NCBI GenBank assembly: GCA_026392275.1
Contig: JAPLCM010000114.1
Location: 779-64,778, forward strand
DNA from: Actinomycetota bacterium
GTDB lineage: Bacteria; Actinomycetota; Thermoleophilia; UBA2241
DNA length: 64,000 nt
Direction: 5' to 3'
The notes under the pieces are model-generated. The model saw only the letters and a program-made list of their open reading frames with translations. It ran no database searches and had not been told where the DNA came from. This document shows positions 49,890-58,536 of the stretch, one piece after another. A program made the translations under genes and the position numbers. Numbering within the stretch: the first letter of the stretch is position 1; every line of letters starts with the position of its first letter.

Positions 49890-51542
49890 GTGACCCTGGC
49901 GCGCATCGAAGCGTTCCTCAAGTCGCGGCGCGGTCTGCTGGCGCTCTGGCTCGGCAGCACCGTCGCCGTCGCCGTCGTGGCCTTTCTCATGTATCGCGGT
50001 GGCCTGCCCGGCTGGGACGACGCCGCCCACGAGTACAAGGTCTTCCTGCTGCGCCGCGGCGAATCGCTGTTCTGGGACAACTACTGGTACGGCGGTGGCT
50101 ACGGCGCCGCCAACTATGGATTCGTCTTCTACCTCCTCGCCCTCTACGTGCCGGCCAAGCTCATCGTGATCGCCTCCGCCGGCGTGCTGCCGGTCCTGTA
50201 CTACCTCTATCAACGGGACATGTGGGGCATCGACGACGTCTGGCCCGCCTGGGCCTTCGCCGCGATCATGAGCGTCTACCTCGCGCACGGTCAGGACCCC
50301 TTCGTGCTCGGGCTTGCGCTGACCGTGGGCGGGATGGCGTTGCTGGCGCGCAAGCGGCCGCTCTGGGCCGCGCTTCCCGTGGCCATCGCCATCTTCGCCA
50401 ACCCGATGGCCTTCGTCGTGTGCCTGCCTTTCATGCTGACCGACGTCGTCGCGCGGCCGGCGCTGCGCCGCCGCTATCTGTGGTTCGCAGGCGCGGTCAC
50501 GCCGTTCATCGCCCTGCGAGTCGCGCTCGGAGTCGCCTTCAGCGAGCCGGGCGGCTATCTCAACGAGACGTCACAGCTGTTGCTCTATCTGGGTTTCGCG
50601 CTCGCCGGGCTCGCGCTGTCCGGCGTCAACGCCTCTCACCCCCGGCGGCCGTTCGTGATCCTGTTCGTGACGTATGCCGCCTTCTGCGTGCTCTCGTTTG
50701 TGACGCCGGGCAGCCCCTTGGGCAACAACATCGGGCGGTTCTTCTTCGTCTTCGGCCTGCCGCTTCTGATGCTCCTGCGCCACTCGCGGCTGCAGCGGCC
50801 GTTCCCGTACGGCGACCTCGCCGTCATACCGATCGTGCTGTTCGGTCTTCTGCAGATCAGCGCTCCGTACAGTCACTTCACGCGCACCGACGAGTGGCCG
50901 CAGACGCGCGCGAGCTTCTTCGCTCCGGCCCTGGCCGCAGCGGCGCGGTACTACGACCCGGACTATCGCATCCATGTCGTGGCGCTGCGTCGCCACTGGG
51001 AGGCGGCCTATTTCCCGGAGGCCGGCTACCCGATCACGCGCGGCTGGTACCGCCAGGCGGATGCGATCCACAACGGCCTCTTCTACACGCCGTACGATGC
51101 GGCGACCTACACAGCCTGGCTGCGCCGCATGGGCGTGCAGTACATCTTTCTGCCCGAGGCGCCGCTCGATGCGTGGAGCCAGCGCGAGGTGAAGATCCTC
51201 AAGACGTCCCCTGAGTTCGAGGTCGTGGATCGCAGCGGCGCCTGGACGGTGTTCCGGCTGCGCGACGCCGAGCCGCTGGCCGTGGGGCTGAACGAGGGTA
51301 CGGCCCATATCACGCGCATGGGGCGCCAGGGCTTCTCGGTGACCGTCGACCTGCCCGGCACGTATCTGCTCAAGGTCACGTGGTCGCCGTATTGGTCGCT
51401 GGTGGAGGGCCCCGGCGTGCTCCGCCGCTCTCCCGACCGCTTCCTTCTGCTCGATGCACGCACGGCGGGCACGTATACGTTGCGCTTTGAGGTCACGCCG
51501 GGCAAGGTGGTCTCGGAGGTGGGCGCCCGGCTCGGTCTCTGA
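49890..51542 (+). CDS. polytopic membrane protein with a C-terminal soluble domain (possible GT-C-fold glycosyltransferase)
   Basis: About 10 TM helices in the first 330 aa, then a ~220-aa soluble domain. The GT-C resemblance is general only and I recognise no diagnostic motif. Confidence 0.6.
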   Translation: MTLARIEAFLKSRRGLLALWLGSTVAVAVVAFLMYRGGLPGWDDAAHEYKVFLLRRGESLFWDNYWYGGGYGAANYGFVFYLLALYVPAKLIVIASAGVLPVLYYLYQRDMWGIDDVWPAWAFAAIMSVYLAHGQDPFVLGLALTVGGMALLARKRPLWAALPVAIAIFANPMAFVVCLPFMLTDVVARPALRRRYLWFAGAVTPFIALRVALGVAFSEPGGYLNETSQLLLYLGFALAGLALSGVNASHPRRPFVILFVTYAAFCVLSFVTPGSPLGNNIGRFFFVFGLPLLMLLRHSRLQRPFPYGDLAVIPIVLFGLLQISAPYSHFTRTDEWPQTRASFFAPALAAAARYYDPDYRIHVVALRRHWEAAYFPEAGYPITRGWYRQADAIHNGLFYTPYDAATYTAWLRRMGVQYIFLPEAPLDAWSQREVKILKTSPEFEVVDRSGAWTVFRLRDAEPLAVGLNEGTAHITRMGRQGFSVTVDLPGTYLLKVTWSPYWSLVEGPGVLRRSPDRFLLLDARTAGTYTLRFEVTPGKVVSEVGARLGL

Positions 51543-51767
51543 CGGCTTCCGAAGGACCGCGCCCCGTGCTCTGTACGCGCCGGTCTCTCTACGCCTCTGA
51601 CCTGCACGAGAGCGGCGAGGCCGAAGCCTGTGGCGTAGCCAGAAGCCAGCTGCCGGGGTCACCGAAGTCGCCGCCGACGTCGTGGGCCTGGACGGCGCCA
51701 CCTTCGCGAAGGCCTGGCGGACGTGCTCCCCAACGCTCTCCCCGGACGCGCGGAAAAGCTTGCGGCT

Positions 51768-52460
51768 CTACTCGCCGTCGGCGGGCGCCGCCGTCTGCTT
51801 GCCCTCGAGAAGGTCGACGAAGCTCTGTGATCGCCGCCCGATGACGGTCGACGGGTCGAGTTCCGCGGCCGCGACCCATTCCGCCTTGGCCTCATCGATC
51901 TGGTCGGAGGAGAAGTAGACGATGGCCATCGAGTAGTGGGCCTCCTGATTCTTCGGGCTGTCGGCGATGACGGCCTGGATGGCCTTCGCGGCACGCTCCG
52001 AATCGCCGTCGGCGTGCCAGACCATGGCGAGGCGCACGGTCGCCGTGGGGTTGCCGGGGTCGAGCTGGAGTGCGGCGCGAAACGTGCGCGCCGCCTGCTG
52101 GAAGCGCTGCCCGAGAAAATAGGCGTCGCCGAGCTCAAGGAGCGTACCGACGTCGTTCGGCTGGTCGGCGCTGGCGGTCTGAAGCCGGGCGATCTTGGCC
52201 TGGATGGCATCGTCGGCGACGGGTGCGGGTGTGGCGTCGCCGCTCTTGGCGTCGACGGAAGGATGGCCCGGCGGCAACGATTGATCCGCCTCCGGTGGCT
52301 TGGCCACCGTTCCTGCGGCGTCGCCGTCTCCGGAGTAGGTACCGACGACGACGATGACCGCGGCGACGAGCACAGCCACGCCGACGCCGGCAAACAGGTA
52401 GTGCTTTCTCAAGCTCGTCCTTCCGTTCGTGAGCAGACCGGAGTCTTGCGAGGATAGCAC
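51768..52460 (-). CDS. membrane-anchored TPR-repeat protein (CcmI/NrfG-like)
   Basis: N-terminal TM anchor, then TPR repeats (LGDAYFLGQRFQQAARTFRAALQLDPGN..., EAHYSMAIVYFSSDQIDEAKAEW). Confidence 0.7.
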   Translation of the reverse strand: MLSSQDSGLLTNGRTSLRKHYLFAGVGVAVLVAAVIVVVGTYSGDGDAAGTVAKPPEADQSLPPGHPSVDAKSGDATPAPVADDAIQAKIARLQTASADQPNDVGTLLELGDAYFLGQRFQQAARTFRAALQLDPGNPTATVRLAMVWHADGDSERAAKAIQAVIADSPKNQEAHYSMAIVYFSSDQIDEAKAEWVAAAELDPSTVIGRRSQSFVDLLEGKQTAAPADGE

Positions 52461-52595
52461 CCGACTCCTCGGCTGGCGAACGCGTTCTGCCCGCTGATGG
52501 GTCGGATGAAGCGCTCTCCTAATCCAGCTTAACGGGCGCTTAACAAGAGCGCCGCGGGAAGCGCTTCGCCGCCCGCCGCCCGCGGCGCCCGGCAG

Positions 52596-52650
52596 TTGAC
52601 GCTCAACGGGCGCCGAGATAGAGTAAATACAGACCGTTTATGTCCGGTCT
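52596..52650 (+). promoter_or_regulatory. Rrf2 promoter plus candidate operator
   Basis: TTGACG (52596-52601), 17 nt, TAGAGT (52619-52624). The inverted repeat AGACCG-n8-CGGTCT (52631-52650) is just downstream. A GAGG SD precedes ATG 52671. Confidence 0.45.
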
Positions 52651-52670
52651 CCTGCCGAAAGAGGGCTTCA

Positions 52671-53087
52671 ATGGGACTTCAGCTCACCCGCGGCGGCGAG
52701 TACGCCGTTCGCGCCATGACTCACCTGGCGCGGTTTCCCGAGGGCCACGTGGCGTCGCTTCACGAGATCGGGCAGGCGCAGGACATCCCCGAGAGCTTCC
52801 TCGCCAAGATCCTTCAAAGCCTCGTGCGTTCCGGCCTGGCGATCTCGCAGCGGGGCGCGCACGGCGGCTTCGCCCTGGCGCGGCCCGCCACGGACATCAC
52901 GATGCGCGACGTCATCGAGGCCGTCGACGGCCCTATCTCGCTCAACCAGTGCGTGCTGTGGCCCGAAGAGTGCTCGCGGAGCGGCGAGTGTCAGGTGCAC
53001 AAGGCTTGGCTGCGCGCCCAGGACCAGTTCATGGACGTGCTCGACTCCGTGACTCTCAGGACGCTGGCGCCGCAGCCTGTGGCCTAG
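52671..53087 (+). CDS. Rrf2 family transcriptional regulator with three-Cys cluster motif
   Basis: MGLQLTRGGEYAVRAMTHLA...SFLAKILQSL...RGAHGGFALARP, and C-x6-C-x5-C (NQCVLWPEECSRSGEC) at the position of the Fe-S ligands in IscR/NsrR-type members. Confidence 0.9.
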   Translation: MGLQLTRGGEYAVRAMTHLARFPEGHVASLHEIGQAQDIPESFLAKILQSLVRSGLAISQRGAHGGFALARPATDITMRDVIEAVDGPISLNQCVLWPEECSRSGECQVHKAWLRAQDQFMDVLDSVTLRTLAPQPVA

Positions 53088-53159
53088 AGTCGGCGCCGGC
53101 TGTCACGGGCGCCGCCGCCATCCGGGCCACCGCGCCCGCTTTCTCTCCTCACGTGCTCG

Positions 53160-54131
53160 TCAGTCTGCGTAGCCCCGTGGATGCGCCTGCATCCACGACC
53201 ACGCATCGCGTACGGCGTCGTCCAGGCTGCGCCGCGGGCGCCAGCCGAGCTGCGACGCCGCCCGTCGCCCGGTCGCCACGAGCGCCGGCGGGTCCCCGGC
53301 GCGCCGGCTCACCACCTCACGGCGCAGCTCCAGGCCGGTGATGCGAGACACGGTGTCGAGCACGCGTCTCACCGAGTCACCCCGGCCGGTACCCAGATTG
53401 AAGGCCCCTTGGACCGTGGGCAGCGCCTCCAGGGCGAGGACGTGGGCGTCGGAGAGGTCGGCGACGTGCACGTAGTCGCGCACGCAGGTGCCGTCGGGAG
53501 TGGGGTAGTCGTCGCCGAACACGCGCAGCGCGGTTCCACCTCGGGCCGCCGCCAACGCCAGTGGGATGAGGTGCGACTCGGGGTCGTGGTCCTCGCCGCG
53601 GGGTCCGTCGGCGCCGCAGGCGTTGAAGTAGCGAAGGGCCGTGAAGGCGAGGTCGCCGGCGTCTCGCGCCTGCTCGAGCAGGCGTTCGCCGGCGAGCTTG
53701 CTCGCGCCGTACGGGTTGGTGGGCGCGAGCTCGTCGTCCTCCTCGATAGGCACGCGCCCCGGTTCGCCGTAGACGGCGGCCGTAGAGGAGAACACGAGGC
53801 GGCCGACGGCGGCGGCCCTGGCCGCCGCGATCACGGCCGCCGTGCCGTTCACGTTCACGTCGTGGTAACGCTCGGGCTGCTCGACCGACTCGCCCACCTC
53901 GGCCAGCGCGGCCATGTGGACGATGGCGTCGCAGCTCGCGTCGAGGAGCGCCGCCTGCACGCGGGCCGGATCGCGGATGTCGCCCTTCACGAAGTTCGCC
54001 GCGGCCGGCACGGCCGCACGGTGGCCCCGAGAGAGGTCGTCGAACACGGTCACCGCGTGGCCGCGCGCCAGAAGGCGCGCGGCGATCACGCTGCCGATGT
54101 AGCCGGCGCCGCCGGTGACCAGGACGTGCAT
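53160..54131 (-). CDS. galE: UDP-glucose 4-epimerase
   Basis: VLVTGGAGYIGS, the YGASK catalytic YxxxK, and overall GalE-like length and blocks. Confidence 0.88.
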   Translation of the reverse strand: MHVLVTGGAGYIGSVIAARLLARGHAVTVFDDLSRGHRAAVPAAANFVKGDIRDPARVQAALLDASCDAIVHMAALAEVGESVEQPERYHDVNVNGTAAVIAAARAAAVGRLVFSSTAAVYGEPGRVPIEEDDELAPTNPYGASKLAGERLLEQARDAGDLAFTALRYFNACGADGPRGEDHDPESHLIPLALAAARGGTALRVFGDDYPTPDGTCVRDYVHVADLSDAHVLALEALPTVQGAFNLGTGRGDSVRRVLDTVSRITGLELRREVVSRRAGDPPALVATGRRAASQLGWRPRRSLDDAVRDAWSWMQAHPRGYAD

Positions 54132-54214
54132 GCGGCGATGCTAGCAGATGGCACGAGCAGGTCGCAGCGCCGCGCGTCGCGGCCGGCGTCGCGGAGCCGC
54201 CCGGCGCGAAGACA

Positions 54215-54246
54215 GGGGGCGGCGCGCCTTGCGCCGCGCCGCCCCC
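54215..54246 (-). terminator. GC hairpin after the M6 peptidase gene
   Basis: 12-bp stem GGGGGCGGCGCG / CGCGCCGCCCCC with an 8-nt loop, 26 nt downstream of the stop at 54272. Confidence 0.45.
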
Positions 54247-54271
54247 GCCGTTCGCCGCGACGATCAGCGGG

Positions 54272-56629
54272 TCACTTCTTGTTGTCCACCCAGATCGTCA
54301 TGCCATCGGCGTTCATGCTCCTGACCTGGATACGCACGCCTAGGTTCTGCGGGATCTTGGTACCCGCCTCGGGCGACTCGGGGAACCAGTAGGTCCACGC
54401 GTCGTTGAACCAGGGCTGCGCCGTCTTGCCGGGGGCGACGCTCTCGCCCACGCCCACGCCCACGTCGAAGTCCTGGAACCAGATGCTCTGCGACGGCGTG
54501 CGCTTGACGCTGAAAGCCGCGTCGCGCACCTGGATGCGCGGCCGCCAGTAGCCGACGGTCTCGCCATAGGCGACCCCGTCGGGGAGCGGCCGCGCGTCGA
54601 CCACGTTCCAGGCGCCGTTGCCACCACCGCGGGCCCCGACGTCGTTGTCTTGCCAGAACGTGTCGCGGTAAATGAGGTGCAGACCCTGGTTGTAGCTGTA
54701 CCAGTCTTCCCACGTCGCGTACAGACCGTTCGCCTCATTGCAGTTCTTCAGGGCGGCGTCCGAGCCGTCGTGGGTGCGGTACTCGGCGATGTAGTAGTTG
54801 TCGCTCATCGTCGTCGTCCGACCGTCGACGCGCAGCCAGGCGTCGGTCGTGAAGTCGGCCGCCACTATGGATATACCGCCCACCTGGACGTCCGTGACCT
54901 CCCAGCCTCCGAGGGCGACGCCGACGTCGGTAACGTAGCGGAACTGGAGCAGCACGCTCTTGCCGGCGTACGCCGACAGGTCGTAGCTCACGGTGTCCTG
55001 CCAGTGCCCCGTATCGGTGCCGCTCAGGCCGTAGTTGCCCGTGCCGTCGTCCACGGTCGCGGCGCTCTGGACCGTCGTCCACGTGGTGCCGTTGTCTTCG
55101 GACACCCATACGTAGCCGTAGTCGTAGCCCTCCTCGATGTCGTACCAGGTGCGCAGGGTCAGGACCGCCTGGTCTCCGCTCGGTACGGCGACGGCGGTCT
55201 TCGTCGTGAGACGATTGTCCAGATTGTCGCCCCTGTTGGAGTACCACTCCAGAGCTCCATCCTTACCGCTGAGCTCGACAATGTGCTTGCGCTTGGGCAG
55301 CGGGATGATGACGCCCGTGGAGTCGGCGGCGCCGATGGCGGCGGGCTGAAGCTTCACGGTGGCGGTGGTGCCCCGTCTGACGGTCTTGGGCGTGACGAAG
55401 CCGAGCGCGTACTTGTCCCACACGTTCATGGGACCGGGATCGCTGACGAGGCCCCACTGGCGGCCGAGGTTCTCGCCGTCACACATCAGAGTCCAGAAGC
55501 TCGCACTGGTGTCGCCGGTGGCGCTCGAGTAGTCGTACTCGTCGGGCAGGCCGAGGTCGTGGGCGAACTCGTGATCGAACACGCCCGGGGCGCCGTCCTC
55601 GGGATTGATCGTGTACGGATAGACCCAGATGCCGGTCTGCTGGGGCCCTTGGCCCGCAGTGCCCGGCACCATGTATCCCGGTCCGTCGCCGGGACCGCCG
55701 CTGGCGTTCTGAAGAATCCCCCACGAGTGCGACCAGATGGCGTCCGGGCCCTGCGCGCCGCCGCCGTCGGCCTCGTCGCTGCCAGCGTGAATGAGGATCA
55801 GATGGTCCACGTAGCCGTCAGCCTGATGGAAGTTGTCGCCGGTGATACCGTACGGGTTCTCGTTGTCGTACTCGGACCAGGGGAAGTCCGGGTGTTCTGC
55901 GGCGAACCCGGCGACGGCGTCGCGGGCGACGCGCCACACGGGGCCGGTGAGGTCGTCGCGGGCGTTCCACGGATCGCTGTCGGCGCCGTACCACGACTCG
56001 GGCATGTCGAGCTTGACCCAGTTGCCGATGTCACCGGACACGGTGAAGGTGCTGTGCGACTGCTCGAGGTAGTAGTTGCGCATCGTGGCGTCGCTGCTGC
56101 CGCGGATGTTCCCGGCGGCATCGTAGATCGAGTGGGAGTTGCCGAACAGCAGTTGCTGGTAGTGCATCCGCGAGAAGTCCCCCGGCCAGAAGGTCTTGTT
56201 GTCGTCGGGGGCCGGCGCCGGGATCGCGCCGTGCCCGGGGCCCGGGAGCATCGGGCCCGTGGGGGCTGGCGATCCTGCGGGCCACGCACCGTCACCGAAC
56301 TCGACGAGCAAAACCAGTGCCTTGGTGGTGTAGGTCGCGGTGGCGCTGGGGTCCGCCGCCCGGCGGGCAAGGTAGCGCGCGAGAGGCGACTTCTTGCCCT
56401 TGATCGAGCGCTGCACGAGCGGCGACTTGAGCTCGTACCTGGGCCCGCCACCGACCATGGAGTGCACGGCGGCGAGAGCCATCTCCGGCGTGGCGTAGGA
56501 CGGGATGAGGCCCAGTTCGGCGAAGTGCCTGGCCAGGGCCACCTCGTTGGGCGGCGCTGCGCCGGCCGGCGCTGCCACCAGGATCACGAGCAGCGCTCCC
56601 AGCGCCGCAGCGAACAGCAGTCTCCGCAC
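54272..56629 (-). CDS. secreted immune-inhibitor-A (InhA)-like M6 metallopeptidase
   Basis: Signal peptide MRRLLFAAALGALLVILVAAPAGA. Zinc motif VFDHEFAHDLGLPDEYD (HExxHxxGxxDEY) is typical of family M6. GTG start with a GGGGG SD. Confidence 0.9.
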   Translation of the reverse strand: MRRLLFAAALGALLVILVAAPAGAAPPNEVALARHFAELGLIPSYATPEMALAAVHSMVGGGPRYELKSPLVQRSIKGKKSPLARYLARRAADPSATATYTTKALVLLVEFGDGAWPAGSPAPTGPMLPGPGHGAIPAPAPDDNKTFWPGDFSRMHYQQLLFGNSHSIYDAAGNIRGSSDATMRNYYLEQSHSTFTVSGDIGNWVKLDMPESWYGADSDPWNARDDLTGPVWRVARDAVAGFAAEHPDFPWSEYDNENPYGITGDNFHQADGYVDHLILIHAGSDEADGGGAQGPDAIWSHSWGILQNASGGPGDGPGYMVPGTAGQGPQQTGIWVYPYTINPEDGAPGVFDHEFAHDLGLPDEYDYSSATGDTSASFWTLMCDGENLGRQWGLVSDPGPMNVWDKYALGFVTPKTVRRGTTATVKLQPAAIGAADSTGVIIPLPKRKHIVELSGKDGALEWYSNRGDNLDNRLTTKTAVAVPSGDQAVLTLRTWYDIEEGYDYGYVWVSEDNGTTWTTVQSAATVDDGTGNYGLSGTDTGHWQDTVSYDLSAYAGKSVLLQFRYVTDVGVALGGWEVTDVQVGGISIVAADFTTDAWLRVDGRTTTMSDNYYIAEYRTHDGSDAALKNCNEANGLYATWEDWYSYNQGLHLIYRDTFWQDNDVGARGGGNGAWNVVDARPLPDGVAYGETVGYWRPRIQVRDAAFSVKRTPSQSIWFQDFDVGVGVGESVAPGKTAQPWFNDAWTYWFPESPEAGTKIPQNLGVRIQVRSMNADGMTIWVDNKK

Positions 56630-56677
56630 GATTGCCCCCTTCGTTGCCGGTGTGTGCGTGGGCGCGCCGCGCGAGGA

Positions 56678-56695
56678 GGGACGATGTATCGTCCC
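56678..56695. promoter_or_regulatory. inverted repeat GGGACGAT-gt-ATCGTCCC upstream of the M6 peptidase gene
   Basis: 8+8 bp perfect arms, 50-65 nt upstream of the GTG start at 56629. Confidence 0.3.
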
Positions 56696-56809
56696 CGGCG
56701 CGGCGCTTCTGGTGGCGCGGAGTCTACTCCCAGAGGCGCTCGGCGGCGAGGCCTACCTGCCGCCGTCCCGCGCCGGTCGTCAGGTGCAGGCGCGGGGAGC
56801 CGGAACGAA

Positions 56810-56844
56810 GAAGGGCGGGGCGCTCACTTCGCGCCCCGCCCTTC
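56810..56844 (-). terminator. terminator hairpin after the FmdB-like gene
   Basis: 14-bp stem GAAGGGCGGGGCGC / GCGCCCCGCCCTTC with a 7-nt loop. TTCGTTCC follows on the minus strand. Confidence 0.6.
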
Positions 56845-56889
56845 TCATCGTCGTTCCGTGCGGCGCGACCGCGCCGCGGCTGCTCAGCC

Positions 56890-57087
56890 TCAGCCAAAGG
56901 GGCTGCCGCCCGAGGGCGCGCAGCCCGCGCCGGCGCCGCCGAGGCTGCGCAGGAAGCTCGAGAACTTCTGGCGCACGTCCTCGGAGCCGCACGCGGGACA
57001 CACGCGGTCTTCTTCCTTGAGGAAGCCTTGACGGAACACCTCGAACTCCTCGTCGCACTTCTCGCAGACCAGATCGTAGGAAGCCAT
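56890..57087 (-). CDS. FmdB-family zinc-ribbon protein
   Basis: MASYDLVCEKCDEEFEV...RVCPACGSEDV (CxxC...CxxC) with a Gly/Ala tail. Start at MASYD. Confidence 0.8.
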   Translation of the reverse strand: MASYDLVCEKCDEEFEVFRQGFLKEEDRVCPACGSEDVRQKFSSFLRSLGGAGAGCAPSGGSPFG

Positions 57088-57239
57088 GGCACTCCAGGTC
57101 GGATGGTGTGTTGATACCCTAGGGGGTACTATACCGTGGGCGTGCCGGAGCGCAAACACTGGCCCAGCGGGTAAGCTCTGCCGAGAAGCGCACCGGAATG
57201 ATCACCTATGATTCATTGTCGCACGGAGAAGGGAAACCG

Positions 57240-57734
57240 ATGCACACGAAAAGGGTCTGGCTCCTGCTCATGCTCCTCGTCGCCGCCGGGGCGGCGACGG
57301 CCCTCGGCGCCTGCGGCGGCTCGGACTCCTCGTCCTCGCCGGCATCGTCGGCCGACGTGGAGTTCGTGTCGCCGGGCGATTTCAGCGTCGCCGACTATGC
57401 GGGCAAGCCGCTGGTCGTCAACTACTTCGGCTCGTGGTGCGGGCCGTGCAATGCCGAAGCGCCCGACCTCTCCACGTTCGCAGAGGCGCAGAGCGGTACG
57501 GCCGCTTTCGCGGGGGTCGCGGTCAACGACAATGAGAGCGACGTCGTCGACTTCATGTCCAAGTACGGTCTCTCCTATCCGGTCGTGCTCGACGACAACA
57601 GCCTGAGCGCCGCGAACGGGATCAACGGAGTCCCCACGACGATCTTCTACGACGCCAGCGGCCAGGAGGTGGACCGCATCGTCGGCGCGGCGAGCCTCGA
57701 CCAGTTCTCCACGAGCCTCGCCAAGACCCAGTGA
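57240..57734 (+). CDS. TlpA/ResA-like thiol-disulfide oxidoreductase lipoprotein
   Basis: Signal peptide with lipobox LGAC. Thioredoxin motif FGSWCGPCNAE. GGAGAAGGGA SD. Confidence 0.85.
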   Translation: MHTKRVWLLLMLLVAAGAATALGACGGSDSSSSPASSADVEFVSPGDFSVADYAGKPLVVNYFGSWCGPCNAEAPDLSTFAEAQSGTAAFAGVAVNDNESDVVDFMSKYGLSYPVVLDDNSLSAANGINGVPTTIFYDASGQEVDRIVGAASLDQFSTSLAKTQ

Positions 57735-57798
57735 GTCCTGCTCAGATCGGCGCGCTCCCCAAGGGCAGCTGTGAGCCGCCGGCGGCCGTGATGCTCCG

Positions 57799-58518
57799 TT
57801 GATCGCCGCCGAGATCACGACGCTCAGCCTGTCGGGCATAGGCCTGGCGTTTCTCGCCGGCCTGCTTTCGTTCGTCTCGCCCTGCGTGTTACCGCTGCTG
57901 CCCGTGTATCTCTCGTTCATCTCCGGGGTCGGGGTGGAGAGCCTCGGCAGCGAGCGCCGGCGGCTACTCTGGACCTCGCTGCTGTTTGTCGCCGGGTTCA
58001 CGCTGGTGTTCGTGGCGATGGGCGCCGGCGCCGGCGGCGTGGGCCGGCTGCTCATCCGCTACCGCCATGAACTGACCATCGCCGCCGGCGCGTTCATCGC
58101 CGTCAGCGGCCTGGTGGTGGCCGGCGTCATCCATCTGCCCAAACCGGTCCTGCGGGTGACGCCCCGGCACGCGGGCGCGGGCGGCGCCTTTCTCACCGGA
58201 GTCGCCCTCGCCATCGGCTGGACGCCGTGCGTCGGCTACGTCCTCGGCGCCATCCTGAGCATGGCCGCCTCGAGCCAGAGCGCCGTGTCCGGCTCCTTGC
58301 TTCTGCTCGTCTACTCGGCCGGCCTGGGCGTTCCCTTCGTCCTCGCCGCCCTGGCCTTCGACTGGATGAACACGCGTCTCGGCGTGGTCAAACGACACTA
58401 CCGGGCCATCCAGATCGGGGCGGGAGTGCTGCTCGTGGTCTTTGGGGTGCTCATGATGCTCGGTATGCTCGAGCAGATGGGCCGCTGGCTGCCGGCGTTC
58501 AGCCCGGGCGGGCTCTGA
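57799..58518 (+). CDS. ccdA: cytochrome c biogenesis protein CcdA (DsbD family)
   Basis: FLAGLLSFVSPCVLPLLPVYLSFISG and the second Cys in GWTPCVG. Six TM helices. Confidence 0.85.
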   Translation: MIAAEITTLSLSGIGLAFLAGLLSFVSPCVLPLLPVYLSFISGVGVESLGSERRRLLWTSLLFVAGFTLVFVAMGAGAGGVGRLLIRYRHELTIAAGAFIAVSGLVVAGVIHLPKPVLRVTPRHAGAGGAFLTGVALAIGWTPCVGYVLGAILSMAASSQSAVSGSLLLLVYSAGLGVPFVLAALAFDWMNTRLGVVKRHYRAIQIGAGVLLVVFGVLMMLGMLEQMGRWLPAFSPGGL

Positions 58519-58536
58519 GGCGGTATCCTTGGCGCC

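Noticed and set aside
51589-51879. A minus-strand ORF (…EGGAVQAHDVGGDFGDPGSWLLATPQASASPL…) in the convergent gap between the membrane protein and the TPR gene.
   Set aside because: It overlaps the TPR gene's 3' end out of frame, and has no start context and no recognisable family. At most it is a decayed fragment.
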